A DNA stretch of 64,000 nucleotides from Octopus sinensis (lineage: Eukaryota). The stretch covers positions 15,500,001-15,564,000 of the forward strand of contig NC_043012.1 of NCBI RefSeq assembly GCF_006345805.1, in the 5' to 3' direction. Positions 53,286-64,000 of this stretch are shown piece after piece. Numbering within the stretch: position 1 is the first letter of the stretch; every line of letters begins with the position of its first letter. The notes below the pieces were generated by a model. That model worked only from the letters and a program-made list of their open reading frames with translations, searched no databases and was not told where the DNA came from. The position numbers and the translations under genes were made by a program.

Positions 53286-54112
53286 CCAAAACAAAAGCAA
53301 AACAAGTGTAATTGGTTTATAAATAATATGTGCATTAAACAAATATGAAAACAAAAATTTGCTCCAACGAACCGGGGGTGGGGAAAGGACTTTCGGAAAA
53401 TTCACGAGATCCGATTTTTTGCCCTCTTAACTTTTAGGGAAATGGATATCTTTTCATGAAATTGTATATAAATACCTTTCAAACGGCACAGATTACGATT
53501 ATAAAGAAATTTGTGGGGAAAATTTTTTCCGAGGGTGTGAGAAAACTTTCGACGAGAAAGAAATTCATAAATTATATTTTTGCTTGAGTGTAATGGAAAT
53601 AAGTTTTTTTTTTCTTTTAAAGTTTTAGGTTCATTTATTTTTCGTTTGAGTAATCGAAAAAGGTTTTAAAAAAGACCCCATGTATCATGGTAAGAGAAAC
53701 GAATTCATTAATACGGTGTTGAATATGATTTCACTATGGAAAAAAGGTTAAGGGCGATTTAACTATTGTTTTTAGCACATCTCCACCGTTGGGATCTTTT
53801 TAAAACTTTTTTTTCCATTACTCAAGCAAAAAAAAAAAAATGATAATAATAATTAGTGAATTTCTTTCTGTTCGAAAGTCCTCTCCCCACCCCTCGGAAA
53901 AAATTTCCCTACAAATTTCTTTATAATCGTAAGCTATGCCGTTTGAAAGGTATTTATATATAGGCGCAGGAGTGGCTGTGTGGTAAGTAGCTTGCTTACC
54001 AACCACATGGTTCTGGGCTCATTTCCACTGCGTGGCACCTTGGGCAAGTGTCTTCTACTATAGCCTCGGGCTGAGTGGATTTGGTAGACGGAAACTGAAA
54101 GAAGCCCGTCGC

Positions 54113-54172
<60 letters not shown>

Positions 54173-54632
54173 GTGTGTGTGGTGTGTGTGTGTGTGTGTG
54201 TGTGTGATGTGGTGTGTGTGTGTATGTTTGTGTGTCTGTGTTTGTCCCTCCCCCAACATCACTTGACAACCGATGCTGGTGTGTTTACGTCCCCGTAACT
54301 TAGCGGCAAAAGGAGACCGATAGAATAAGTACAAAGACTAAGTCCTGGGGTCGATTTGCTCGACTAAAGGCGGTGCTCCAGCATGGCCGCAGTCAAACGA
54401 CTGAAACAAGTAAAAGAGTGAAAAAAAGAGTAAAGAGTCTATAAAATTTCGTTGAAAGATATCCATTTTCCTAAAAGTCATGAGGGGAAAAAATCGGATC
54501 TTGTGAATTTTCCGAAAGTCCTCCCTCCACCCCCATCCCCGGTTCGCTGGAGCAAATTTTTCTTTTCAAACTCTTCGTTTGATACACATTTTTTAAAACA
54601 TCCATTACACTTGTCTTCCTTTTGTTTTGGTG
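53286..54632. mobile_element. Fold-back element with ~290-bp diverged inverted arms; right arm split by a SINE
   Basis: 53286-53578 aligns as reverse complement to 53849-53961 plus 54438-54632. Confidence 0.75.
53962..54437 (+). mobile_element. tRNA-derived CORE-like SINE
   Basis: Family head, core, internal (TA)n/(TG)n, AAAAGAGT tail. Confidence 0.9.
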
Positions 54633-54763
54633 TTAAAGTAAACATTAACCATATTTTGTTTGCAAAATAACATAATCACGGATGAACAGAAGCAAAACAA
54701 AGCGAAGCGCGCGCGACACATACACATACACACACACGCACACGCACACACACACGCACACAC

Positions 54764-54800
<37 letters not shown>

Positions 54801-54805
<5 letters not shown>

Positions 54806-55016
54806 TGTGTCTCTTTTATCTTTTGTTTCGGCCCTATACTGGAGCACTGCTTTTGAGGGTTTAGTTGAAAAAAAATCGACCCCAGTATTTTTTATTGTTT
54901 TAAGTCAGGTACTTATTCTATCGGGTTTTTTTGTCGTTCCGCTAAGTTACGGAGACGTAAACAAATCCTCATCGGCTGTGAAGTTGAGGAGAGAAACACG
55001 AACACAAAGACACACA

Positions 55017-55061
<45 letters not shown>

Positions 55062-55275
55062 TGTGTCTCTTTTATCTTTTGTTTCGGCCCTATACTGGAG
55101 CACTGCTTTTGAGGGTTTAGTTGAAAAAAAATCGACCCCAGTATTTTTTATTGTTTTAAGTCAGGTACTTATTCTATCGGTTTTTTTTGTCGTTCCGCTA
55201 AGTTACGGAGACGTAAACAAATCCTCATCGGCTGTGAAGTTGAGGGAGAGAAACACGAACACAAAGACACACACA
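54801..55275 (-). repeat. 256-bp tandem duplication of a diverged SINE 3' half bounded by (CA)n
   Basis: 54801-55020 repeated almost exactly from 55057. Confidence 0.9.
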
Positions 55276-55811
55276 CCACACACACACACATACATACATA
55301 CATACACACATACATACATACATACATACATACATACATACACACATACATACATACATTCATATAAACACACACACATACATACACACATACATACACA
55401 CATACATACATACACACATACATAATACACACATACATATATACATACACACATACATATATACATACACACATACACACATACATACATACACACATAC
55501 ATACACACATACACACATACATACATACATACATACATACATACATACATACATACATACATACATACACACATACATACATACACACGCTCATACATAC
55601 ATACATACATACATACATACACACATACATACATACACACATACATACACACGCGCATACATACATACATACATACATACATACATACATACTACATACA
55701 CACGCGCATACATACATACATACATACATACATACATACATACATACATACATACACACGCGCATACATACATACACATACATACATACATACATACATA
55801 CATACATACAT
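55266..55811. repeat. (CA/CATA)n compound microsatellite
   Basis: Direct reading. Confidence 0.96.
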
Positions 55812-55899
55812 AATTTTTATAGGAAGTCTTCTATGAATATATTTAAGGAGTTACATCTCTTATTCCTAATTGATGCTTTGTTTCAATAAATATTTTGAA

Positions 55900-56570
55900 A
55901 ATCCTGTGAAATTCCTGATACAGTAACCTCGACAGCTTACTAAGCCTGACAAACCTTTGCACATAGAGCATAAACGAAACACCTTCCTAGTCTCTATATA
56001 CTGGAAGGGGTTCCCATTAACAACTCCTCGGTAATTGCCCCAAAGCGTTAGCTGACAGCCTCTAGCGTCAGCGCCATGACCAGAAGCTCGGAGCAAATCC
56101 ACTAAACATCACTTCGGCATGAAAACCACCCTCCTTTTCCAAAGCTGGAAAGAAGCTCTTTCGACAGAGAAGACCATGTCTGTTTTCCACAGACCAAGGT
56201 GGCAGCGAAGAGTGGATCTAGTAAAATCAACTAAAGTTTCCTGATCGGATCTTACGAATAACTCTCCGTCCAAACACGATCATCTCAAATTCCGTCAAGT
56301 AGGTGATCGGGAGGAAAGTGATTGTGTCCTGGTAAGAACCCAATGAAAAGTGTCACCAGAGAAAGCTTGCTAAATATCAGGAGTTGGTAGAGTAGCACAG
56401 AAGCCGAGATTAGTGGGCTCACAACGAACTAGCTTAAGTGGTTTGCCTGGGACTTCTGGGGTGCCCAGTCTGCAAAGCGCATAGAGAGAGCTTCGAATCA
56501 TGAGACATTAGTTCCTTCATTGAAGTCGCAAAGAAAACAACATGTAACTCTGGATAAAGAGAACAAACCT
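55900..56570 (+). mobile_element. Highly degenerate RLE LINE 3' region (HERO-like)
   Basis: Broken translation LLGNCPKALAD...RHDQ.L and VSW.E..E..H.RK.AKYQELVE, resembling the knuckle and RLE region of HERO-clade elements. Confidence 0.55.
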
Positions 56571-57513
56571 GTAGTTTGTTGCAGCTGGAATGCAAGATGG
56601 GACGTCATTAAATTTGGTTGCATTATCTAGGCGAGAAGGTCTGATTTGAAAGATGTAAAAATCTCCTGCGTTCTCCGAAACATCACCAATAATCTCAGAG
56701 CATCTGTTGCCTAAATCTTTGGAGATTAACTAATGGAAACTGGAACAGACCAGGTAACGACCAAGAATTGTCTGATATCAACTGGAGAGTCAGGTGACAC
56801 CACAGAAAGACAACCGGGGCAAGTTGGCTCCCATCCCGAATTGTAAAACTTAATCAATACTTCCAATTACACCTCATAAAACGTATCTCCAGAGGATCCA
56901 AGAAGTAGGGGTATGAGAGCTCCATCAGGACGGACTTGAAGATTTTCATCTATAAAGGTTCTGACATACACCAACGACAAAACGACAATGAATTCAAGAT
57001 ATATTCATTACGCGGCCTCTAATCCATCTGGCTAAAATAAGCAAAAATAACAAACTTAACTGAAAATAGTGTCCTTTGTAAAAAGTCTACAGCTGAAATA
57101 GTTGTTGAAAGTCTATGTGAAAGTCTTATGTCCGTGCAAAAGTTCATAGAAAATGCAGGATTTGTACGCTAGGACGAGACGAAAAGCGTGTGTTTTTCTC
57201 AAAAACGCTGAGAGTAATTGATGTTTTATATGACACATTCTACCAGTATCCGAAGTTTCAAATGTTACAAAAAATTATTTTTTAAATCTGTCGGTCAAAA
57301 GGTAAAGACCCTACATTTTACTTGTTTCGGTCACTAGTCTGCGGCCATGCTGGGGCACTGTCTTCAAGAATTTTAGTCAAAAATGAATCGACCCCAGTTC
57401 AAGTCTCTTTTGCTGAACCGCTAAGTTACGAGGACATAAACATACTAACGGTTGTGCAGTGGTGGGGAACAGACCACACACACACACACCACACACACAC
57501 ACACCACACACAC

Positions 57514-57566
<53 letters not shown>

Positions 57567-57820
57567 GCAGTGGGACTGAACCATGTGGTTGGCAAGCATG
57601 CTTCTTACCATACAACCACTTAAGCACTTTTGATCATAAACTCAGTTCAACAGAGTTGGCCTGGGGCTGAACAATATAACAACAGCATCTTCATCTGCTG
57701 CTGCTGATACTACTACTACTACTACTACTACTAAAAATGCCAAGATCACGAAAGGCTCGTCTCTGTTTTCTTCTAGCCGGCCATGTTCATAATTAGACAC
57801 AAGGCCACAATGAGATATAT

Positions 57821-58210
57821 AGGCGCAGGAGTGCCTGTGTGGTAAGTAGCTTGCTTACCAACCGCACGGTTCCGGGTTCAGTCCCACTGCGTGGCATCTT
57901 GGGCAAGTGTCTCCTGCTGTAGCCTCGGTCCGATCAAAGCCTTGTGAGTGGATTTGGTAGACGGAAACTGAAAGAAGCCCGTTGTATATATGTATATATA
58001 TATATATGTGTGTGTGTGTGTTTGTGTGTCTGTGTGTCTCCCTCAACATTGCTTGACAACCGATGCAGGTGTGTTTAGGCTCCCGTAACTTAGCGGTTCG
58101 GCAAAAAGAGACAGATAGAATAAGTACTAGGCTTACAAAGAATAAGTCCTGGGGTCGATTGGCGGTGCTCCAGCATCGCCGCAGTCAAATGACTGAAACA
58201 AGTAAAAGAA
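57821..58210 (+). mobile_element. tRNA-derived CORE-like SINE
   Basis: Near full-length family member; a further diverged minus-strand copy lies at ~57320-57625. Confidence 0.88.
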
Positions 58211-58218
58211 AAAAATAA

Positions 58219-58397
58219 GGTGATCCTTCGGTATAAGTACCGTAAGTGGCTTTGTTTACATTTCTGAAGATAACAGAAACCCTTACTCTAACTCTAACCC
58301 TAACACAGACCCTAACCCTAACCCACCATATATATAAAGAAAAAACACTTTCTTGACATGTATCCGTTACTTCCGGTACTTATACCGAAGTTACGCC
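58219..58397. mobile_element. Merlin-type MITE with internal (CCCTAA)-like repeats
   Basis: GG...CC termini, inner TIR CTTCGGTATAAGTACCG(T/G)AAGT 21/22 match, 8-bp TSD AAAAATAA at 58211-58218 and 58398-58405. Confidence 0.75.
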
Positions 58398-58489
58398 AAA
58401 AATAAATAAAAGAAAAAGGAATACGGAAGGCATCATCACGTCCGGTTCTTTAGCAATTCCGAAGATATTTTAAAAGGAATAATATTTCA

Positions 58490-58710
58490 TGGTATACACT
58501 TTATGCTTCGACACCGCTTCGAGTACGCTCCAATGCGCACGCGTAATCACAATACTCGTAACGAAGTGAATCTGACATCGTTGTTGTTTATTATTTCAAC
58601 AGATTCCTTAGCATTTCGACTCGAGATAGATTTTATCCATTTATCACAAACTCCCGGATGCAGAAGCCGAGTCTGATGCTGCTCTTTGCTTATTGTAAAT
58701 ATTCTTCCCT
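58490..58710 (+). promoter_or_regulatory. CpG-enriched island with NRF1-like site; possible promoter/first exon of the ZNF gene
   Basis: TGCGCACGCGTA at 58534-58545 (1 mismatch to YGCGCAYGCGCR) overlapping a CCAAT; locally high CpG in non-repeat sequence. The link to the ZNF gene is inference only. Confidence 0.25.
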
Positions 58711-58989
58711 TTTTATACACTTTGTCTGTTTTCTTCTTCCTTTTATTCTCGGGTCCCTCTCTAACATCTTGCTTCGCCCCCTCCTTTAGTTTTCCTCTTT
58801 ATTTCCACCCAGATTCGATGTCATTCAATATATGTGACGCCTAACCTCAGACTCTAGATTGATGGTCGCGTGTGTCTGTGTCGGGAGAAATAGAAAAACT
58901 TTCCCCAGCAACAACGGCCCCGTTCGAAATGTCCATCTTACTTTTTACTTCCTTTCACAGCCACCAACATATTCACGCATTTTACCCTT

Positions 58990-59180
58990 TTACACGTTTC
59001 AGTCATTTGACTGCGGCCATGATGGAGCACCGCCTTTAGTCGAAGAAATCGACCCCAGGATTCTTTATAAGCCTAGTGCTTATTCTATTGGTCTGTTTTG
59101 CCGAACCGCTAAGTTTCGAGGACGTAAACACACCAACATCGGTTGTCAAGCAATAGTAGGGAGACAAACGCACACACACA
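58990..59180 (-). mobile_element. CORE-like SINE 3' fragment
   Basis: TTTCAGTCATTTGACTGCGGCCATG... family tail on the minus strand. Confidence 0.8.
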
Positions 59181-59181
59181 T

Positions 59182-59212
<31 letters not shown>

Positions 59213-59297
59213 ACAAATAAGAAAATGGAGAAACAAATTTGGTTTGTTTATCAACTTACAGATATTATAATGTTGGATTATTTATTCATTTTACATA

Positions 59298-59433
59298 TCA
59301 TCATCATCATCGTTTAACGTCCGCTTTCCATGCTAGCATGGGTTGGACGGTTCAACTGGGGTCTGGGGAGCCCGAAGGCTGCACCAGGCCAGTCAGATCT
59401 GGCAGTGTTTCTACAGGTGGATGCCCTTCCTAA
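59298..59433 (-). mobile_element. SINE/RTE-type 3' segment with (GAT)n tail
   Basis: Same family as 36617-36914. Confidence 0.8.
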
Positions 59434-59490
59434 ATTCATGTCTTTACACCACCCTCATCACCTCCACAAATTCTATGCCCTAAATTTTTT

Positions 59491-59638
59491 GGTACTACTT
59501 AAATACAGAGGTCCCGACGCATCTCCGTAGCCCTAATCCTAGCTAACCCTAACACTAACCAACCCTAACCCTAACTAGTGTGGACTGTAAAAACATTGTT
59601 ACGTAGATGCATCAGGACCTCTGTATTTAAGTAGTGCC
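59491..59638. mobile_element. Merlin-type MITE with internal (CCCTAA)-like repeats (second family)
   Basis: ~38-bp TIR GG(T/C)ACTACTTAAATACAGAGGTCC..., 8-bp TSD AATTTTTT at 59483-59490 and 59639-59646. Confidence 0.8.
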
Positions 59639-59959
59639 AATTTTTTTACCATTACTCCTGTCTTACGAGGCGGGTGACCGTCCGTACGTCCACCCATCTT
59701 TTCCACCCACTATTCTTGTGAGGGTTGTGGAGTTCGTCATCTGGTACCTCTTCCATATGATTTACCAAAAGCAACCTTCTGGATTTTTGAGTGTGATCGA
59801 CTGAGATTAAGGCTATTATTTACCCATCTTGTTCTTGGTCTACCACTAGGAGACAGATATAATGGTAAAACATTACAAAAGTATTCCGTACAAAAGAAAT
59901 ATATGTTAAAAGAAAATGTAATCAAAAGTGAAATACAAAGAAATTGGGTTAGCAGAATG

Positions 59960-60146
59960 ATAGAATGGAAGTGTGCTGGGTTCATAACCCAGAGCTTTGA
60001 TCGAAACTATGCTCTGCTAACTTTGTAGGTGCAAGAATAGCTCTTCGCGGCACCTTGGGCAATGTCTTTATGTCTTTCACTAATGTCCCGGTCTGACCAA
60101 TGCCTTGCAAATAAATTTGGTTGAAGGAAATTGTATGCAAGCTCGC

Positions 60147-60233
<87 letters not shown>

Positions 60234-60420
60234 CGTGCACACCACTTGACAACCGGTGCTGGTTTGTTTACGTCCCCCGTAACTTACTGGTTCGGTAAGA
60301 GAGAGCGTTAGAATACGTAGCAGATTTTAAAAAAAAAAGATTATGTATTGGGGTCGATTTGTCCGACTAAACATTTCAAAGTGATGCCCCAGTATGGCTA
60401 CCGTCAAGAAATAGACCAGA
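59960..60420 (+). mobile_element. Diverged CORE-like SINE with internal (TA)n
   Basis: GCACCTTGGGCAATGTC core, GACAACCGGTGCTGGT...TTTACGTCCCCCGTAAC and GGGGTCGATTTG tail motifs. Confidence 0.7.
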
Positions 60421-60458
60421 CTAAAAATTTTAGATATTCTCTCTGAAGTATTATTTAA

Positions 60459-60603
60459 CCATTTAACATTTAAACCGACCATATCAGGCCCAAATATTGT
60501 TTTCTCTTCAAACGAGCCAGATCTGGCCTCTCCCATATATTGTAATTCTAAAAATAAAGTCATATCATTGAAATCCCAAAGCTACAAGATAATATATGAT
60601 AAT
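60459..60603 (+). mobile_element. piggyBac-like MITE left portion
   Basis: TTAA|CCATTTAACATTTAAACCGACCATATC resembles the reverse complement of 62660-62704 (...GTGCTAAAGGG|TTAA). Confidence 0.45.
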
Positions 60604-60709
60604 GCAACACTTATTTATACACTGATCATATATTATCATATATTATCATATATTATCTTGTAGCTTTGGGATTTCAATGATATGACTTTATTTTTAGAAT
60701 TACAATATA
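60536..60709. repeat. Perfect 68-bp hairpin with 38-nt loop
   Basis: 60536-60603 is the exact reverse complement of 60642-60709. Confidence 0.95.
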
Positions 60710-60936
60710 CGGGAATTTGTGGAGGTGATGAGGGTGGTGTAAAGACATGAATTTAGGAAGGGCATCCAGCTGTAGAAACACTGCCAGATCTGACTGGCCT
60801 GGTGCAGCCTTCGGGCTCCCCAGACCACAGTTGAACCGTCCAACCCATGCTAGCATGGAAAGCGGAAGTTCTTCACCACCTCGTCCCAGGTTTTCCTGGG
60901 TCTACCTCTTCATTATTATGTATATATATATATATA

Positions 60937-60981
<45 letters not shown>

Positions 60982-61599
60982 ATAGTGTCAATGAATTTTA
61001 TAACTGTTAGCTGCTTTTTTGTAGGTTTTTATATTACTATTTTTATTTGTGTTTATAACATTTTAAATCCAGGTTTTGAAACCTTAGAATTAAGGGTGGG
61101 TGTTATACATGAAAACTAGTTTGTAAAAATACTTGGAATTGTTTTTTTTTTAATGTATATATAACAAAAATGACTATTATCTTAGTACCAGCCTTTAGTG
61201 ATACAGAGATATTTTTCTGAGATTTCTTTGCCCAAAATTAGCAATGTGCTTTATACTTGAGGGAAAATTATAGCTGAATAAACACAATATTTCAGGTTAT
61301 TAAGTTTACAATTTTGCTTCCACAGTTTTTGTCATAATGTCATGCAGACAGACATTGCACATACATAAAGAACTAGGCCAACCATTATTCATCTTTGTAT
61401 ATGATTTGCAAGGACAACTAGAAGTTCCTTCAAGGTAGCCTACTATGGGCAACAGATCAAATTTGTGGCTGGTACAAAGTTCCAGCCAGACATAGGGTGA
61501 CTTGATGGTGGGTCATTGAAGAAAACGGTGCCATAAGAGCAAAGAAACAGGCATAGAGGAACTGGGGCAACTGAGAACTATACTAGGTTGCTAGAAGAG

Positions 61600-62110
61600 A
61601 AGCTAGGTGGCAGGTATATTTCACTTGGGGAAAAGCAAAACGGAAGAAATTTGTCAATGTTCTGTGGTGTAAGAACTAGAGGCATGAGATCTTCTGGATA
61701 GTAAGACAGCATACAAAGAAAATCATGATGTTGTAGATGAGAGGTGTGCTTGAATGGATGATGGTACTCTGGGGGAAAAAAAAGAGGTGGCATGAAAGTG
61801 TCACTATGAAAGGCTTTTAAATGTGGAGAATGCATGGGAAAATGAAAGTGTTCCTAATGTGGACCCAATAGAGAGACCAAATATCCGAGTAGACAGCTGC
61901 ATTGTAGATAAGGCAATTAAGGATACAAAGATCAGGAATTACCACCAGGACACTTAAGATATCTGGCAGGGTGGGATATGGCCTGATTACTTGTACAGTT
62001 GATAAAGTCATCCAGAAGGAGTTATATTCAATGACTGATGTAGCAGCATCATAGTCAGCTGCTACGTGGGTAAAGGAGATGTCTTGGACAAAAGTAGTTA
62101 CAGTGATATC
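61600..62110 (+). mobile_element. RTE-like LINE ORF2 remnant
   Basis: HYERLLNVENAWENESVPNVDPIERPNI...VDKAIK and GKGDVLDKSSY, typical of the RTE inter-domain/RT-start region; degraded. Confidence 0.6.
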
Positions 62111-63144
62111 ACAGTGTTGTGTGAAGCTCTACTGCCTGCTTTGGTGTGGTTTGTATGGTTGGACACCTTTCCTAATGTCTGCTGCTTTATGAAGTGTACT
62201 AGATGCTTGTTATGTGTCCCCAGCAGCAGTGAGGTCACCGAGTATCTTGCATAGACAAGGACCTCTTAACTGAGTAGGGGAGTAGTATTGGGGGAGATGG
62301 CTTTGTGCCAGGTTATGAGAAGTTTGTGTATGAATAGAGGGACAGAAATAGGTGTCTGGTAATAGAGGAGATACAGAGCTAGCTCAGTTGGAGAGAGAGA
62401 GAGAGAGATCTTGGTGAAGATGTAATGGGGCATGCAGCCAAGTGACAGGGAGGTGTATAAAGTGAAGCAGACCAGGGATTGGATCTGGATAGAGTGTGTG
62501 GGTAGGTAAATTTCCGAGATTGCGAAAGGTGACTGAAAGGCAGGAGTAGGGGTTAGGGTGAGAAGATGTAGTGAGTGGATACAGGTAGGCAGAGGGTGTG
62601 GGTGTTTGGTGGATATGTTGAAGGGAAGAGATTCAACAGAGGCATGTAATGTGCAGGTAGAATATTCAGGCTGGATACAGCCAGTTTAAGTGCTAAAGGG
62701 TTAAAAATATTATCATTTGGGAGAGCAATGACCAAACAGGATTTATATTCTTGATTCTTGTATTTATATTCTGCTGCATCACGATATCCAAAGTTTTTTA
62801 TAACTCAATTAAAAAATCTTTATTCTTTTTTTGTAGGATGATTGGTAGAAGGTTAACGACTTATTGACCATGACTCAGTGGATGTGTGAAATCTTTGAGT
62901 AGGAAACAAGAACTACAGTACAATAAATGGAATGAATTGAATGATCAATAAAAGGGAAGTTCTGGTTGAAATGCAGTATTAATAAGGAAAGAAAATGATA
63001 TTTAAACACCAGACAATTTAATTGATGAATGCATTGCACAGCTTATAGTAGCAAGCATAATCTGTTTTACTGAATGTTTACTGATTTGGAGAAATTCATT
63101 TGATTTATTGTTGTCCAATGGTGAACACTCATCATCCACAATCG

Positions 63145-63175
<31 letters not shown>

Positions 63176-63297
63176 CAAAAGTGACGTTGTTGCAAACAAC
63201 ATATATACACACATATACATGCAACACCCATATATTGATTTTGAATTGGCATCATTAAGTATGAATTAAAACATAACCTTAAGTTTATCGTTCTTTA

Positions 63298-64000
63298 ATG
63301 TCTGGGAAATATTCTAATAAGGATATTTTTCAGAATGCTTCTAGTCCTGATGAAATGTTTTCTAAATGCAACATGGCTTCTTCCGATGCGGTTGACTTAA
63401 TTGCTGATGTAAGCAATCAGACATTTCAGTCTGAAAAACCTTATAAGTGTAGCTACTGTAAAAAATCTTTTACTCAATCTGGCCATTTGACCACACATGT
63501 TCGTACACACACAGGAGACCGGCCATTCCAGTGTCCTTACTGCCCAAAAGCTTTCACTGACCGAGGCAATCTTAACACGCATATTCGTACACATACAGGT
63601 GAGAAACCATTCAAATGTGAATTATGTGAGAAGGCTTTCACATTTCATATTCAATTGAGTCGTCACAAAAAAGTTTGCATGTCCAGGAATACAAATTCCA
63701 CATCAAGTTTTCAGATGGATGAGAAGAACAATAATTATAACACCACCATCGCTGTTGCTAATCAATCTCAATTTAATAATTTTACATCTGATATCAGTCC
63801 TATGCAAAGTGCTCCTTTTAGTGAAAATAGCTTATATTCAGCAGCATCTAGTTTTATCTTAGGTGAGTGTTCTGATGATATGCAACAACCCAGTAATTTG
63901 TTTTTCAGTAAAAATGAAACAAACAGTACAATCTCCAGTTTTCATAATGAACCAGCATCATCAAATAACAGGTACAGTGATACAAAAGATTCCTCTTCCA
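63298..64000 (+). CDS. C2H2 zinc-finger protein (three tandem fingers), open to the window end
   Basis: In-frame from ATG 63298 (alternative ATG 63373) with no stop to 64000. Fingers CSYC..HVRTH-TGDRPF-CPYC..HIRTH-TGEKPF-CELC..HKKVC at 63442-63678, then an S/N-rich low-complexity region. True start and exon structure uncertain. Confidence 0.92.
   Translation, partial: MSGKYSNKDIFQNASSPDEMFSKCNMASSDAVDLIADVSNQTFQSEKPYKCSYCKKSFTQSGHLTTHVRTHTGDRPFQCPYCPKAFTDRGNLNTHIRTHTGEKPFKCELCEKAFTFHIQLSRHKKVCMSRNTNSTSSFQMDEKNNNYNTTIAVANQSQFNNFTSDISPMQSAPFSENSLYSAASSFILGECSDDMQQPSNLFFSKNETNSTISSFHNEPASSNNRYSDTKDSSS

Noticed and set aside
60459-62704. A single 2.2-kb piggyBac element spanning both TTAA-CCC-like ends
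   Set aside because: The ends are diverged from each other and the interior is unrelated RTE/SINE debris, so they are probably parts of two MITE copies.
63002-63594. Short minus-strand ORFs near the ZNF
   Set aside because: They are antisense shadows of the ZNF exon or leader, with no recognisable features.

Overview
AT-rich eukaryotic (not prokaryotic) genomic DNA, most likely octopus/cephalopod. That assignment is inferred from the recalled SINE families, the microsatellite load and a C2H2-ZNF gene. Bases ~0.9-19.0 kb are one tandem array of a 30-bp unit (~600 copies) with a ~4-kb higher-order structure; the long ORFs the track shows there are repeat artefacts. From 19 to 63 kb the window is a dense retroelement and DNA-transposon graveyard. 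LINEs: CR1-like, Tx1-like, R4/Dong-like, HERO-like and RTE-like. Others: Penelope-like (PLE) fragments, hAT, Tigger, MULE, mariner and Merlin MITEs, a non-autonomous Helitron and many tRNA-derived SINEs. The only clear host gene is a C2H2 zinc-finger ORF starting at 63298 and running off the window end; it is missing from the supplied ORF track. The most interesting signal is four minimal type-I hammerhead-ribozyme-like motifs (25834+, 26288-, 36043-, 43704+), each apparently with one or more point lesions. Three sit in cassettes whose 5' side is an inverted copy of their own 3' part, the PLE signature. The fourth is the 3' module of a tRNA-headed (Pol III promoter) SINE, i.e. a candidate Penelope-mobilised, ribozyme-bearing SINE family. 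All structure calls were made by eye and need covariance-model and cleavage tests.
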